This document shows, one piece after another, positions 17,701 to 31,000 of a stretch of 64,000 nt of DNA. The stretch's first letter is position 1. Each line of letters opens with the position of its first letter. The notes beneath the pieces were generated by a model. It saw only the letters and a program-made list of their open reading frames with translations, was not told the DNA's origin and made no database searches. The stretch comes from Azolla caroliniana (lineage: Eukaryota > Plantae > Polypodiophyta). The stretch lies in assembly GCA_043228905.1 (NCBI GenBank), contig JBHGNT010000001.1, positions 29,450,001 through 29,514,000 on the forward strand, read 5' to 3'. The translations under genes and the position numbers were made by a program.

Positions 17701-20700
17701 TTACCTAGCAATATTATAGTAATGGTACCTTTTTGTGCATAGTCAACATATCCAGTGTATCAGAAATTGAATTAACCAAATAATAATGTTCTGAATTTTG
17801 GATTTGGCAGTGACTCTATTGCTGTGAGTGTTGGGAAGCTAGAGAACCATGTTTTTTACTATTAAGGATTTGTTTAAACCAACACTCACAGATGCAATGG
17901 ACCATAAGCAAGTATAAGAACAATAGAATTTCCCTTGATCACAATAAATATATCCTCTCCAAATCACCTCAAGGGTAACTTCCGTCGCTTGAAAGCCACG
18001 AATAAAAAGGTGGAGCATTTACTGCCCATTCCACATGGTTGCAAGACTTTATGAACATAAATGAGCATACATTTTAGAAAAGTCAACCACTAACACAAGA
18101 TGGATGAAAGATGTTCACGACATAAAAAATTATAATGCAAAAGGCAAGGAAAAGATGGGAAAGATTTCATACACATGTTTTTTGTTAGGCAGAAGATTAT
18201 TTATGGACATGTCAAAATATTGATTGTGAAGAGTCACAGTTTTCAAATTTCATGATATGAAATTTTGCTCTGGATTCCGCATATTTACTACATCATGCAT
18301 CATCCATGATAAAGTTTGAGAACAGAAAAGGGACAATGTTGATGTATAATATGAGAAATTTAAGGGTATCGATAAACATACCACAATCTCACGTCCTGAT
18401 CCCGTGCCAGACTCTGAAAACCATAAAACAAGACAAATGTCAAATAGAATCTAGATTTAAGCAATTTACAGATGTAGTGTTCCATCCTTAGGCATAGACT
18501 TACCCAGAACTTGTGTAGTCTTCCGCACTGTCTTTATTTTCAATGTGTTTTCTAAGACGCGTCTTTGTTCATCAATGGCCTCTTTTTCTGCAGCTTGTCT
18601 TGTATATACATCTTCTTTTACCTCAGCAGTTGCTATAGACCATACTTCATCAGGTGAAGGCAACTTCAAGCTCACACCGATTTCGTCTTCAATTTGGCCC
18701 AGCTTTCTTGGGGGTAAACCTTGTAGCGCTACTTCAATTCTCCGCTCCATCCACTCTGGAGTTTCTCTTCTTGGTCCATTTGCCAACAAGTCCCACTTTC
18801 TGGAATCGTTACCTAGAAGTGTTTCCATTCGACCACCAGTAAGAATGCCTTCTAACCCCACATTAAATCCAGCCACATCTAGACCTTCTTCTCTAGATTT
18901 TTGCAAGAGTGCTTCAACTGCCAAGGCACGCTCCTCCCAAGCTTTAGCTAATGTTTCAGCCGATGCTAAAGATCGTTCCAATGCCTGATACCGTCTTGCA
19001 TATGCTTGCTCTTGCGATTTCCCTGCGATTTGAACTGTATCTAATGCAGCTTGAAGAACTTCAATATCTGATTTAAACGCAGATCTTGCAGCTTCTAAGC
19101 GAGCAGCCCCAGCATGCTTAAGCGCCTCTAGTGCTTTTTTAGCTCTTTCTTCATGTTCCAATGCATCTTGGTTTGCTCTCTCTTGAAATTGCCGTAAAGC
19201 ATCATCAGCTGCTGAAGCACGAGATTCGGCTGCTTCAGCCCTTGCCAACACAGCCGTCACTTCTCCTTGAAGCCTCTTTATCTCACTCTCTGCAGTTAGA
19301 AGCTTCCTCTGTATTTCAGAAGCTGTCTTCTGCAACCCGAGTGCTGAAGCTTCTTTTAGGACCATGTCATCCAGAATCTGCATTCTTTGGAAAAGAGCAA
19401 TTTCTGACTTTTGCGCCTTCTCTTTTGCTGCCTCTAATGCAGAAAATGATTTTTCAATTGCATCTCTAGTCTCTCTAATCATAGCATTAGCTGTATCGAG
19501 TACGGCTGACTTGACCCTTTCTTCCACACTGTTTGCAGCTTCTGCAGCAGATGTTTTAGCCTCAGCTATCTTTAGGTGTGCTTCTTCCGCCAAACTAGCA
19601 GTAGTCTCTTCATAGATAGCATCAGCAACCTTGTCCACACACACAGCCAATTCTATAGCATTCTTCTTTGCAACCGCTAACTCTGATTCCACTGCAAGCT
19701 TTTCGTCAATAATGCTTTGAAGGTCCACACCCTCAGATTTGTTTGAATGTTTAGTTTTCTTAACAGGTGCCTCTATGGCTTGAACTGCAGTAGTTGTGTA
19801 CTCCTGTAGTTTTGCTTCTGCCTCTGCTAAGGCTTTTAATGCATCTTCCTTCTCACTCTCTGCAGCAACTATTCTAGCATGTGCTGCTAATAATATTGTT
19901 TTCAGACCTTCCACATCATTAAGATCGATATTCTGCCCAATTGATCCTTCGTCGACCAACCTTTTAATAGCCTCTTCTAATTGTGATGCATCTAGGTCAC
20001 CCTAAGATAAAGATTGAATCAAATTTAGAAAAATTAGGATCTCGGTTATATGATAATTAATGAACTTTTAAGGCATAAGACATCAGTAAACGGGCAAACC
20101 TCTATTGGGCTTGATCCCGATCTCGAGAATCGGTTGCCACTGCATCTGATCCACCTTGAAAGCCCTAACGGTTGCAAGTGCCTGAAACTATATGCTTAAA
20201 ATAATGAGATCGCCACATCATAACCTTTATTGTATATTAAAAAAGGCTTTAATCCATTGGATAAGAGCAAATTACCTTCCTGATACAGCTGCTAAAGTTT
20301 CTACACATAGCAATGGACCACTGAAAGATTTGGTGCTCGATAGATGGATGCCTGTAGAGGCGATCCGTGGCTGAATAATTGTATTCTTTGAAATTGTACA
20401 CAGACCTGAGAAAGTATCATGTTGCTTTGGAAGTATCGAGACCTGCTCAGAGAAAACTTGGACAAATAAATAAACAAAACAATCTTCATCAAGTGTAAAA
20501 CTGGTTATCTATCAGTGCTTTTAATTTCCATGAATCTAGATTGACGTGAAAGCACAACTTTGCTGATAGATGCAGGGATCATTGATGAGCCTATCTTCCT
20601 AAACAACTTCTAATACCATGTTCTTTGGGAAGATCAAACTTTTTATCTCGGAAAGGAGTCAGGAATTATCCAATGGATGCTTCTAGACATCCAACATTGA

Positions 20701-20971
20701 GATGTGAAAAATGGCATCCCTCAGCTCGTGAGAACACTGTCACAGTTGTTTATTCAACCACACTATTAAGATGAAATGTTTCAAATACTATTTCATAAAT
20801 CTTGTCTAAACCCCCACCACATCATTATGATTGGTAATGTGTCATCAGCTGAGCTATTTCTACAGAGTCCTTCTAGTAACAACTACAAAAATCAGATTTT
20901 CTCAACTATCCAACATATAAACCTTTTCCATGAGAAGAAGATTGACGTCCCAGGGTTTCTGTTTCCATCAT
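14788..20971 (-). CDS. GH13 alpha-amylase with an approx 500-aa N-terminal coiled-coil extension and a putative plastid transit peptide; start codon uncertain
   Basis: Catalytic exons encode [45 protein letters not shown] (nucleophile D), GEYWD (acid/base E), [21 protein letters not shown] and [13 protein letters not shown] (stop 14788). Exon 20001-18504 is A/E/K-rich heptad sequence and splices in frame via 18413-18382 ([11 protein letters not shown]). In-frame S/T/R-rich exons lie at 20405-20276 and 20181-20100. A phase-compatible ATG exon at 20971-20923 is my inference. Confidence 0.9.
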
Positions 20972-23900
20972 AAAAAAAACTAAGAACTTATCAAAGCAAT
21001 GGAGAAAACTGACATTCTGTAATCAGCTCATGGAAGCAAAGTACACATCCAATAAGGATTCTTCTTCATTTCCATCATTTTGAAACAGAAACTGGAATCC
21101 CTCAGCTTGTGGAAGTATCAGCTACCTTTTTAGGTTCATAGTAAGATTCAGTGCTCCATAAAAACTGTTTGTTTCAGTTAGAAAGTGGAATTCTTGAATC
21201 CTAAAACCACAATAGGTGGACTTCCTACGCTGTGAAATAGCTAAACTTTCCATCAGCAGAAGCATTTACATCTTTCAGAGAGAAGTTAGAACACGTGTGT
21301 ATGGAATCCCTACTGACATTATGAGACCGACTTTCCTACCTTTTCGAACACCTAAATTTTCCAAGGAGAAGAAAGATCTACGTTTCCAAGATTTTCAATT
21401 CAACATGAGTGCTTGTAGAGAATGCACTTTACTTTCCACCTAGCTGAGATACAATATAATGACCATTGCCACAAAAAGATTTCGTTTTTCTAAACTATAC
21501 AATTCTCTAGAACTTTCAATGAGAATAAATGCCTATATCTTCAGATTTTGATACTAGACGTGTTGTGGCTGAAGCAAGATTACAACCTTGGAGGAAAGAA
21601 TGAGAAAAAAAACTGAGAAACTGATGAAAAGGAAAGAGGGGGGGTGCGAAAGGTGATTCACCATTTGAAAACAAACTGATTTCCCAAAGTATCGGAAGAT
21701 CTTATCTTTCCATGAAGAAGAAGAAGAAGAAAGATTGTTACATGTCTTGAGATTTCTGTATGAGCAGCGCACAAGTGTGTGGAGAAATGCACAGATATGT
21801 ACATGTGTGGTTGTAATGCAGCTGGGAGACATTCCAATGTTGTAGGATAATACGGAAGGAAAAAAAAAAAACTGTGACTTGTATCAGTCAACGAGAATGG
21901 AAGGAGAGAGAAAGAGACTTACCATTGCGATCAAAACCTTGCAAGCGAATCAAAACACTCCCCGTTTTCAGAAACTTCTTTTGAATCAGAAAAGCGCACA
22001 CACTCCCTCTGTATATATGTATATATCCGTTTCGGGTGCAGGAGAGTGGTGCAGGCAGGCAATGCACCGGAACGGATGAAAATGAGGGGGGTCAGAAACG
22101 GAGTTGTGTAGGGTTTAAGGAGAGGGAGATGAGGGAGTTTCGTCCATTGCTGATGGTGATGGCGATGGCGATGGTGATGGTGATGGCGATGGCGATAGTG
22201 ATAGTTCGAAATCAGAAAATGCCGAAGAAGAAGAAGAAGAGCTCGGCGAAATCGGAGAGATCTCAGCTCAGCATTTTTGGTTCGTATTTCTGTTTGTGTT
22301 TTGTGTGTAGGAGGCGGAGGAGCTATATCTGTAAATAAACACAAAATATAAGATTATTGTCATTGAGACACTTATAAGTCGGAATGAAACAAAGAGTATG
22401 TACATATGTAGGACAAAAAAGAAAAAAAAAAAAAGGAAAAGGTGAAGCGCTTTTCTCTGATGGATCTTCACCGGCTGTCTCCGGTGTCCTCATACCTCCA
22501 CGTGGCGGTCCGCATCCTCTATCCACAACAACCATTCGAATTGTGATAGGGTTTCACCTCTTTCCATTCGAATTGTTTGTTACGACCACTTCACACACAC
22601 ATGCACGCGTGCACACATTGTACATACACAGAGTTTTGTTGTTCTCTGAATATGGCCACGATATGCTCACTTCCTTTGTGCACATCTCACTCGCATAAAC
22701 TTGCAAGAATCTATACTCATGTGTGTGTATATTCGTAGGTATATGAGCACATGTGTGTGTTCATGTCCATGTGTGTGTCACAATTGGCCTCCCACATTCT
22801 TCTACCATGAATTGCGCACATCCTTACATGGTAACCTCAACTCAACACCTATCCCCATACATTTTGAACCTTGAACGTTTGGTATTCTTAGGAAATGACG
22901 TGTCACGGTCAATTTCCATTCTACACATAATCTAGTATCGCACGCATAAATCTATGGGCATGTATGTACACACATGTCTATACGCACGAGTGCGTGCATG
23001 TCTATATGTCGTGCGGGACATGATTGGCCAACTCCTTGATTTTTCTTACATAGTTACATACATCCTTGTATGACAACCTCATCATCACGCATCTCATATC
23101 TTCTACATGTTGAGTTTTGTCTTCAGGTTCACTAAGATTTAGGGTTCGTCTTTATTTACCTTGTAAATTATGTTCGTCATTCGATAATAATCATGGAGCC
23201 TATGCAAAGGGACTATTGAACCTCATCCCAAAAAAAACACTTTGTGTATCTTTGCCAAATAGCCACTCAACTCCACGACACATATGTCAATAGTTTATAA
23301 AATATCTACTAGATTTTTTGTGCACCAAACGAAGCATGTTTTATTCATAGAAAAAGCTATATTTCAAATTCAGATGTTGGTGATTCCTTCTCACCCAAAG
23401 CATGAACATGCATGATTTAGAACGAATGATGTAATCCTTAGAGTTCTTTGCTTTTGAACGAAATTGATAATCAACTTTGCAAAGTCAAAACTTCGCCCAT
23501 AGCAAAATGAATAGGTCAAAAAAACAAGTTGATTAGACATCTAGGTTATCCTCTCATATAGGATACCTCTACAAAAGCGCAATTTCATTGTGAACGGGGA
23601 AAAATCAATGGAAAGTTTCATTGTTTGAAGTTATATACTTCATATGTGTTTGGGAATCACGAATCTAGTTGTTGTTGTATATATATTGTTCTATTGTGAG
23701 TGATTAATTGGATCTATTATGAGTTCATGACAACAATTGCCAAATAGTCACGGGAATATGAAATGTCAAACTTAAAGCATTCTTGTTACCACGTTGTGTG
23801 TGGATTCCAAAATATTTGCTAGAATGCTTGCTAGAAAAGTGACAATGTTGCTTGATTTGGCTAAATAGAAGCACCCAATGGAACATTGCTCACATACTTC

Positions 23901-26099
23901 AGTTGGTGATAAAGTGGTTTTGGAATTGGAAATGTTGTGTATTAAGACACTTAGCTCTGGTTATTTTTAAGGCATCATTGTTTTGAATCTCACAGTATGT
24001 AAAATTCGTGTTCGTCTAGCATAACATTGGAAAACGAATGCGAATGTTTTTCAAACATTCTTGTGTTTTTTCTCATTTTTTAATGTTTTTATTTTGTTTG
24101 TTTTTTTCATTTTTTAGGCTTATTTACCTCATAATAAATAGTTAATCCAAAAGTCTGGTATTTATCATTCTTTAATGGTGTTTTTCTTACGCGAATGATT
24201 GAAACATTCACAACATATGGTACGTATGGTTCATACTATGGTTTTGACAGTGATTTAACAATTAGTTGAAAAAAAGTGGCGTGTCATATTGAATAGAAAG
24301 GCTACAATGGTCAATAAGGGAACTCTATGCAACTAGAAAGTATACATATATTGTAATTTATTCTAGGGTCACTAGTGACGTGGCGTCAAACAAAGAACTT
24401 ACTTCCAATCATAGAGATATATGTATTATTACAAGGTGTTCTCAACTATGGAAGCCAAAAACTAAACGTGTCTTGGCATGTGTCATTGACGTTCTCAAGA
24501 AGTTGTTGAAAACATACCAGGCATTGTTGTTGTTGTGTGTTCCCCCCTAAATAAACACTAAGATTACCTTTGAGGTTTAGAACCATTAAGTTGGTCACCT
24601 ATGTCCATGTTACTTGGTATTGGCCACAATCAACAGTGACATGATGGAAAATGTAAATAGCATTTGCATTATTACAAATTATCTAGACACATAGTTGGTT
24701 GTCACACAAAGGATTGTGCCTTCTTGCGGAGATGTTTTCTTATAGTGCATTACTTGTGCAGTTTATGTCCATCCATATGCAATAAAAGATGCACAATTTC
24801 TTTATTTTTTATACCATTTATTTTGCCGAGGACTAACCTTATAAGACACTTAAATTGTTGTTGTTGCTACCCACATGGTAGCTTAATCACAAAAACACAT
24901 TGTTGGAGATTGATTCGTCAATGAGTCAAAAGTTACATGTGTTTCTTCTTCTTTTCATTGCATAGAATCCTTCCAATCGTCAGTGTTGATGTTTTGCTCA
25001 TAAATAAGTTACAATAAAGTTGATATAAAGACACAACGTAACATGGGTTTTCTAAGTTCAAGCTTTCTGTAATAAAAGTATTGCACCCAATCCAACACTA
25101 CATTCCACATATTGTTATGTGTGAGCATGAATACACGAGTATCCACATTTAAGTTGAGTACTCACAGTTTCTTCATTTTCGTGGAAGCAAAAGTTTTTGT
25201 CATTTAGTATGATGTGTTCATCCTTTAGTATCCTCGTGCGTATATTTTGCAAAGAAGTCAAAGCAGTGCATCCCTTCAAAGAATTACAAAGTATTTATCT
25301 ACGAAAATAACATTATCCAAAATTTTGAGCATAGTCCTTTTGCACAACCTTAGATCATGTTTTTTCTTACATCTTGTATGTTTTGAAATTTACGACTCCC
25401 TTTTCTTTGACTCGTCAAATTTGCCATTGTATTTCAAGAGCGATGTCCAAAAAGTCACTTGTCATGACCACAAAATCAAGGTTTCTCACATGTGCTTGTG
25501 TTAGGGGGCTCAACCACAATTGACTGAAATTTGTAATTATCATGCAGACAATATTAGGGAGGTGATTATGTACTCGCCAATTGTCTTCATACATCAATAG
25601 CATGTACGGACAATGGTGCAAACGATTGTTAGTGCTCTCTCAAGAGCCAAATTTATCAAATGATATAAAGTTTACAAATAAATGAGATTGTAGCATTGAG
25701 CACCACACAATTCAATCCTTGCTCCTTGGATTCCACAACACTCGTCCTGTGCCCAACTTGCTAGTGTCCTTTAGTTGCACATAGAGAATGATATTTGGAT
25801 GTGCGTAAAGAACATCGTGCTCCTAGCTACGATTTATAAAGGACACTAATAATGAAGAGGGTGCAATTACAATGGCAAAACATGTTTCAATAATTCTAAT
25901 TGTTGTCTAGTAATTTATTGCCAATGAGGAGTGATTGTCTTACAAATATAAAATTCTTTCCATGTCTCCATTTAAACCACTAAAATGTTATATAAATGCC
26001 TTGGATTGAATGGCATATAGAAATAATTATGAGCTAAATCATAAGAAATTAAGAGAGGAATGGATTAAAGGTGTTTAACCGCACTCACCACCCCCTAGT

Positions 26100-26360
26100 G
26101 AGGAACAAGAGACAAACAAAAAATACCATTTGTGTGAAGTACCATCGAATATTGCCTTATGTCAAACCTTGGTATTTGAATAAAAAATCCAAAGAAGAGA
26201 GCTTAACCTCATCGATAAAGTCTTGATCTTGGGACATAACCAAAACACATGCAAATTCGATTCAATAGGTGCGCCACAATGCAAACCACAAGCATTTTGT
26301 CATTGGCTATTTGGATAATATGGAAAGCGAGACGTGATTTTGTTTTTAACAATGTCCATA
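26100..26360 (+). mobile_element. Possible decayed LINE (L1-like ORF2 C-terminal) fragment
   Basis: Approx 26303-26350 translates LAIWIIWKARRDFVFN, resembling the WxIWKxRNxxxF motif that follows the zf-RVT domain of plant LINEs. A broken zinc-finger-like stretch lies near 26125-26165. No intact ORF. Confidence 0.4.
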
Positions 26361-28057
26361 CATCTCAACACTATGCTTATTGAAATCTGGATGTTGTTTG
26401 TTCACACACTACATGGTCAATATGATGAACTGCAGGGTTCAAATGATGTTTTGTGGCAATGACAAGTGGCCTTTATGAACTGATGGCAATGACTTCACTT
26501 ATTTTCGGATACAACGGTTGGTCTGAAGTGGAATTATGCCATGCCTTCTTTTATGTTGGATAGTGGATAATATTGTTCTACTTGTTCATATATGCCATCA
26601 TCTGTTTGATTAGATGTATTGATGATGTCGTAATGAAGGGGATAACTAGTCTAGTTTATATAGTTGAATAGTCTAGGTTATATAGTTGAACACCTAAGGC
26701 TCCCAAACCACCATGTATCCCCACATGTCATAAGTCCTTGCACATTTGTCCCATTTCAAATGATAATCGTATTCTCAACAATCCTACCCTTAACCTATTA
26801 AAACTTAGTATAAAATTTGTCCATGAGGTTGTGCACATAACATACTGAATCTTTCCCTTGTTTGGGGAGTTTTTGCGATGGTTTATGTTTTATCATGCAC
26901 TTGGAAAGGCTTTGTTACCATCATTTATTTGACTTTGACTAAAGCTAGTGTAAGAACACACCACTGTTAAATATAATAATAATAGAGTATGCCATTTCAA
27001 TAAAGAGTTATGATTATGATTATTATGGTTTAACATAAAACAAGTGTTTATTATTGATATTTAACTTTTTATTCCTAGTTTTAATAGACTATCTTATTTT
27101 TGCGACTATAAGGTTGTTTTTGGAATCTTGGTGTGGAATCGGGAAACTATGGGTCACATAATAGATGTGCTTGGTGAATGTTTAGCAAGAAGAAATTTGG
27201 GAAGATAGAAAGAAGAACTTGCAAATGAGGTCATGGAGAAAATACTAACATCAAGATGAGGAGTTTGAGCATGAGCATGAGCATGAGCATGATTAATTAG
27301 GTTGAAAAACTCATAGGACAAGGTTCCCACGAAAGTTCGATTGTCAAGAGTGGTATCCCCTAGACACCATCAAACATGAATACATTTCTCATACTTCAAT
27401 TATGCCAAGCCTCAATATCCCATGTGGTCAAATAATACATTATATAGTGGGGAGTGTAAAACTCAGACCTGTTAAAGGGATGACAAAATGATGTTGGTTA
27501 ACAATGTTGAAAGTTGAGACGTAGCAACTTGAAATACTTTAGAATTTGGGTACGTAATGGATATATATACTTGGTAACCTATATCATGAGGTCACTCTAG
27601 CTCACCACGATATCATTCATGTTCATGAGACACACATCATGTTTAGTTACTCAAATAAACATATGGTTAGCAAATTGGAAAATGGCACTTAAGATGATGA
27701 TGATGATGATATGGTAAGTAAAGCTAGAAGACGGATGATTTAAATCACGCGAAGCTTAAAATTAGCGAAGAAGAAGAATCATAATAATTGTTTGTTTTGA
27801 TGTTTGTTGATGGTATGGGTTTTAGGATGGCATGGTTTACCTCATGCATATTGATATGCATCCATTTTGCGAGGTCAAAAGACGGCAGGGGTACGTTTCG
27901 AAATTACGAGAAAGTTAGAGGCTCCACAGAGACAGGGGTATTCTCTTGAATTTTGCATTTCCTGTCATTCCCTGGGTTTTCTCTGGGTTTTTGGTCTTTT
28001 CGGGAATCAGTTCTCTTCCTCACTGTTTTGTTTTGTCTCTGCTGCTGCTAGCGAGCG

Positions 28058-31000
28058 ATGGCGGGAGTTGTAGCCAAGAGAAGCTATGGCTCCCTTCACT
28101 TCACATTTTGGAGAAGGAATAGGAGCAACACCTGCCTCTTCTTCTCGACTTCCACCTCTCCTCCTCAGTTTGCAACCCGACAACCCCGTTGCTTCTTCCA
28201 TCAGGATCCCTTCATCTCTCAGAAGGTAAACTTTCTCTTCTTCTGTATTTCCATGCCGTATCTGTCCTCGTTTCTTTCATTTCTCGTTTGATTTCTGTCG
28301 CTGGATTTCTCTTTTGATTTCTTGCATGTTTTTTTAATATTTTATTGTTCTTTTTCTTTTTGCTTTCTTGAACCTTCTTTCTTTGCAACTGAATTAAAAG
28401 TTAGGTCTTTTCCGCACGGTTTCAGAGGCTTGCATGAGAATATTATTTTATCTCGCCAGAAACAAACGCTTGGTTCAGGACATATGTCATGTATTTCCCA
28501 CTAAACTATAATATAATTTGCTAAAACATCTCAGTGGAGTGACATTGCAATTAATCTTCTGTGTATAGAGGCCAAGAATTTTTTGCTTGAATGGTATGAC
28601 ATTGCAATTAATCTTCTGTGTATAGAGGCCAAGAATTTTTTGCTTGAATGGTACCTTTTATGTTGGGAAGCTTTCAATGAACAAGAAGATAACACAGAGT
28701 CTCTTCTTTCATTACGTCTTGATCGCATAAGCAACATGATATCTCATTACTTATATACAGTACATTAATTTCCAAACCAAGAATCAATGGGCTTTATAGA
28801 AACATACACATTCAACGAAGGGATTGCTCACGAAAGATTTCTCTGTTTATAGTTTTAATGTCCCTAAGATTTAAAGGCCTATGTGCTTATTAAATAATGG
28901 TTCAATGCTATGTTATTAATAGCATGCCGTCAGGATCAAAATCTAGTTACACATTCATTACGTACATAACATAACGACCTTGCATGCTGAGATTTTTATC
29001 AATGCTGGAAGCTAGTTTTATAGACCTAGAAGTTTGATAACCTGTGTGGTTTAGAGGGGAGGAGGATTGGAACCTAATCTCCTCAATATTTTCCATGACA
29101 TTGTGCAGATAACAACTTCGTGTCCTTGGTGGAGGACAACCAATATGCGTTATTATGCTACAAGAGGTGATTTTCTTCACCCTTGTCTGATCAGAACAGT
29201 AATACTTGGTTTTCTTCGAGCTATTGCTCTGATTGATTTTTTGATACTACCATGTTATTGTTTTCATCACCTTTGTTCAGGAAAAAAAGCAAAACGTGGA
29301 ACATCAGCCGAGGAAAAAGTATTGGATGGAAAGCATGCAGCATTGCAAGAAGCATTGGATCAAATATCAAACACTTTTGGTAAAGAGACAGTCATGTGGT
29401 TAGGAAGGAATCCAGAAACAAGAAATGTTCCAGTGATCTCGACAGGATCTCTTTCACTTGATTCTGCCCTTGGAGTTGGTGGTCTGCCAAAGGTAGCAGA
29501 TGCTTCTTTTCTATACTTGCCTTGTTACAAGATTTCTGTTACTGACATGAAACAATCTAGTCTATTCTGTCTTTTATGTACTTTCCTAAATAGTAATCTT
29601 CTCGTTTGTTGAAAACAGAACATCATATTTGTTTGTCTTATGTGTAGTTGCCTTGTGTTGTATTCCTGGATTGGATGTGATGGCCTTCTACATTTGTAGT
29701 ATTGATTTTTTAACTAGTCATTGTTGATCATGAAGTCCACATCTTTGTTTGCAGGGAAGGGTTGTTGAAATCTATGGGCCCGAAGCAAGTGGGAAAACTA
29801 CCTTAGCACTTCATGTGATTGCAGAAGCTCAAAAGAGTGGAGGTATGAACTTCATTATCAGCAGATTGCATATTGCATGTGGATGAGGGGACATAGTTTT
29901 GAATAATGTATCATAAGGATATAGGGACTTCCCTAATGGGGATGCATGGATAGAGAGATTCAATGCCAAAAGTAAAATCCATAAGATTGGGAGGTAAGAG
30001 TCCTACAAATGCTGTTAGGAAGGGGGGGAAGAGTTGGTAATGTAGCCATTTTGAGATGTGTTTGAGGATGTCAATCTTTTTAGCTACAAATTGCCCGGCC
30101 TATTACATCGGGTTTGTGAATCTTGAGGAGAAATGAAATGGAACAAATTACGAAGCGGTTAATGAGCTTCTATAAAATGAACCATTTTTTTGTTTTAGTG
30201 ATGTCTGTTACAAAGTTATGTAAACCTTTACTAGATGTAAGAGTCTCCTTACATGTTGTTCATCAAGCTATGGAGTGGGATATAATTACCTTATTTATCT
30301 TATCTTTTCTTTGAATTCTCTATCATGAGGGGAGGGATGGAGGAAACCCTTCCAGAGATATATTCTTGTGCAAGTACCAAAAGTTATGCTATATAACAAA
30401 CTTTGGAGAATGTTAACATGTTGACTTTGGATTCCGGCCCTTAGTCAGTCAAGATGGTGTAATTCTGGGCACTTTGGTAATCCAAAAGTTTAAAGGATTA
30501 TTTCAATCATATGTAATGAATGATAAGAAATAATTGTCTATAAGTATTTATTGGTTATGTATGAGAAAGAAGCTTAAACTTTGAACATTGTCTGTATTTG
30601 AGTAGCCTTCATTATTTGGTTGTTTTCGTAATTTATTATTTTCATGACATAACCAAAGAAAAGAATTCTACTGAAAATAAAACATCTGTCACATGTTTTG
30701 CAGGTTACTGTGTTTTTATTGATGCTGAGCATGCTCTAGATCCTTCGTTTGCTGAAGCCCTTGGAGTTCGAACAGAGGACTTACTATTAGCTCAGCCAGA
30801 TTGTGGGGAACAAGCCCTAAGTTTAACGGATACATTCATTCGCAGTGGCTCAATTGACGTCATAGTAGTAGACAGTGTAAGTAGTAGAATGCTCGAGTCT
30901 GCATATGATCTTTTACAACTTGTGGGCAGAATGCTTTGATAGGCATGTAAAGTTCATTAAAAAAATAATCTAATTGCTACTCTGGGATGCTTACTCAGGT

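Noticed and set aside
18545-20005. Plus-strand ORFs opposite the coiled-coil exon (likewise antisense ORFs over CABIN1 and RecA exons)
   Set aside because: Antisense shadows of real coding exons.
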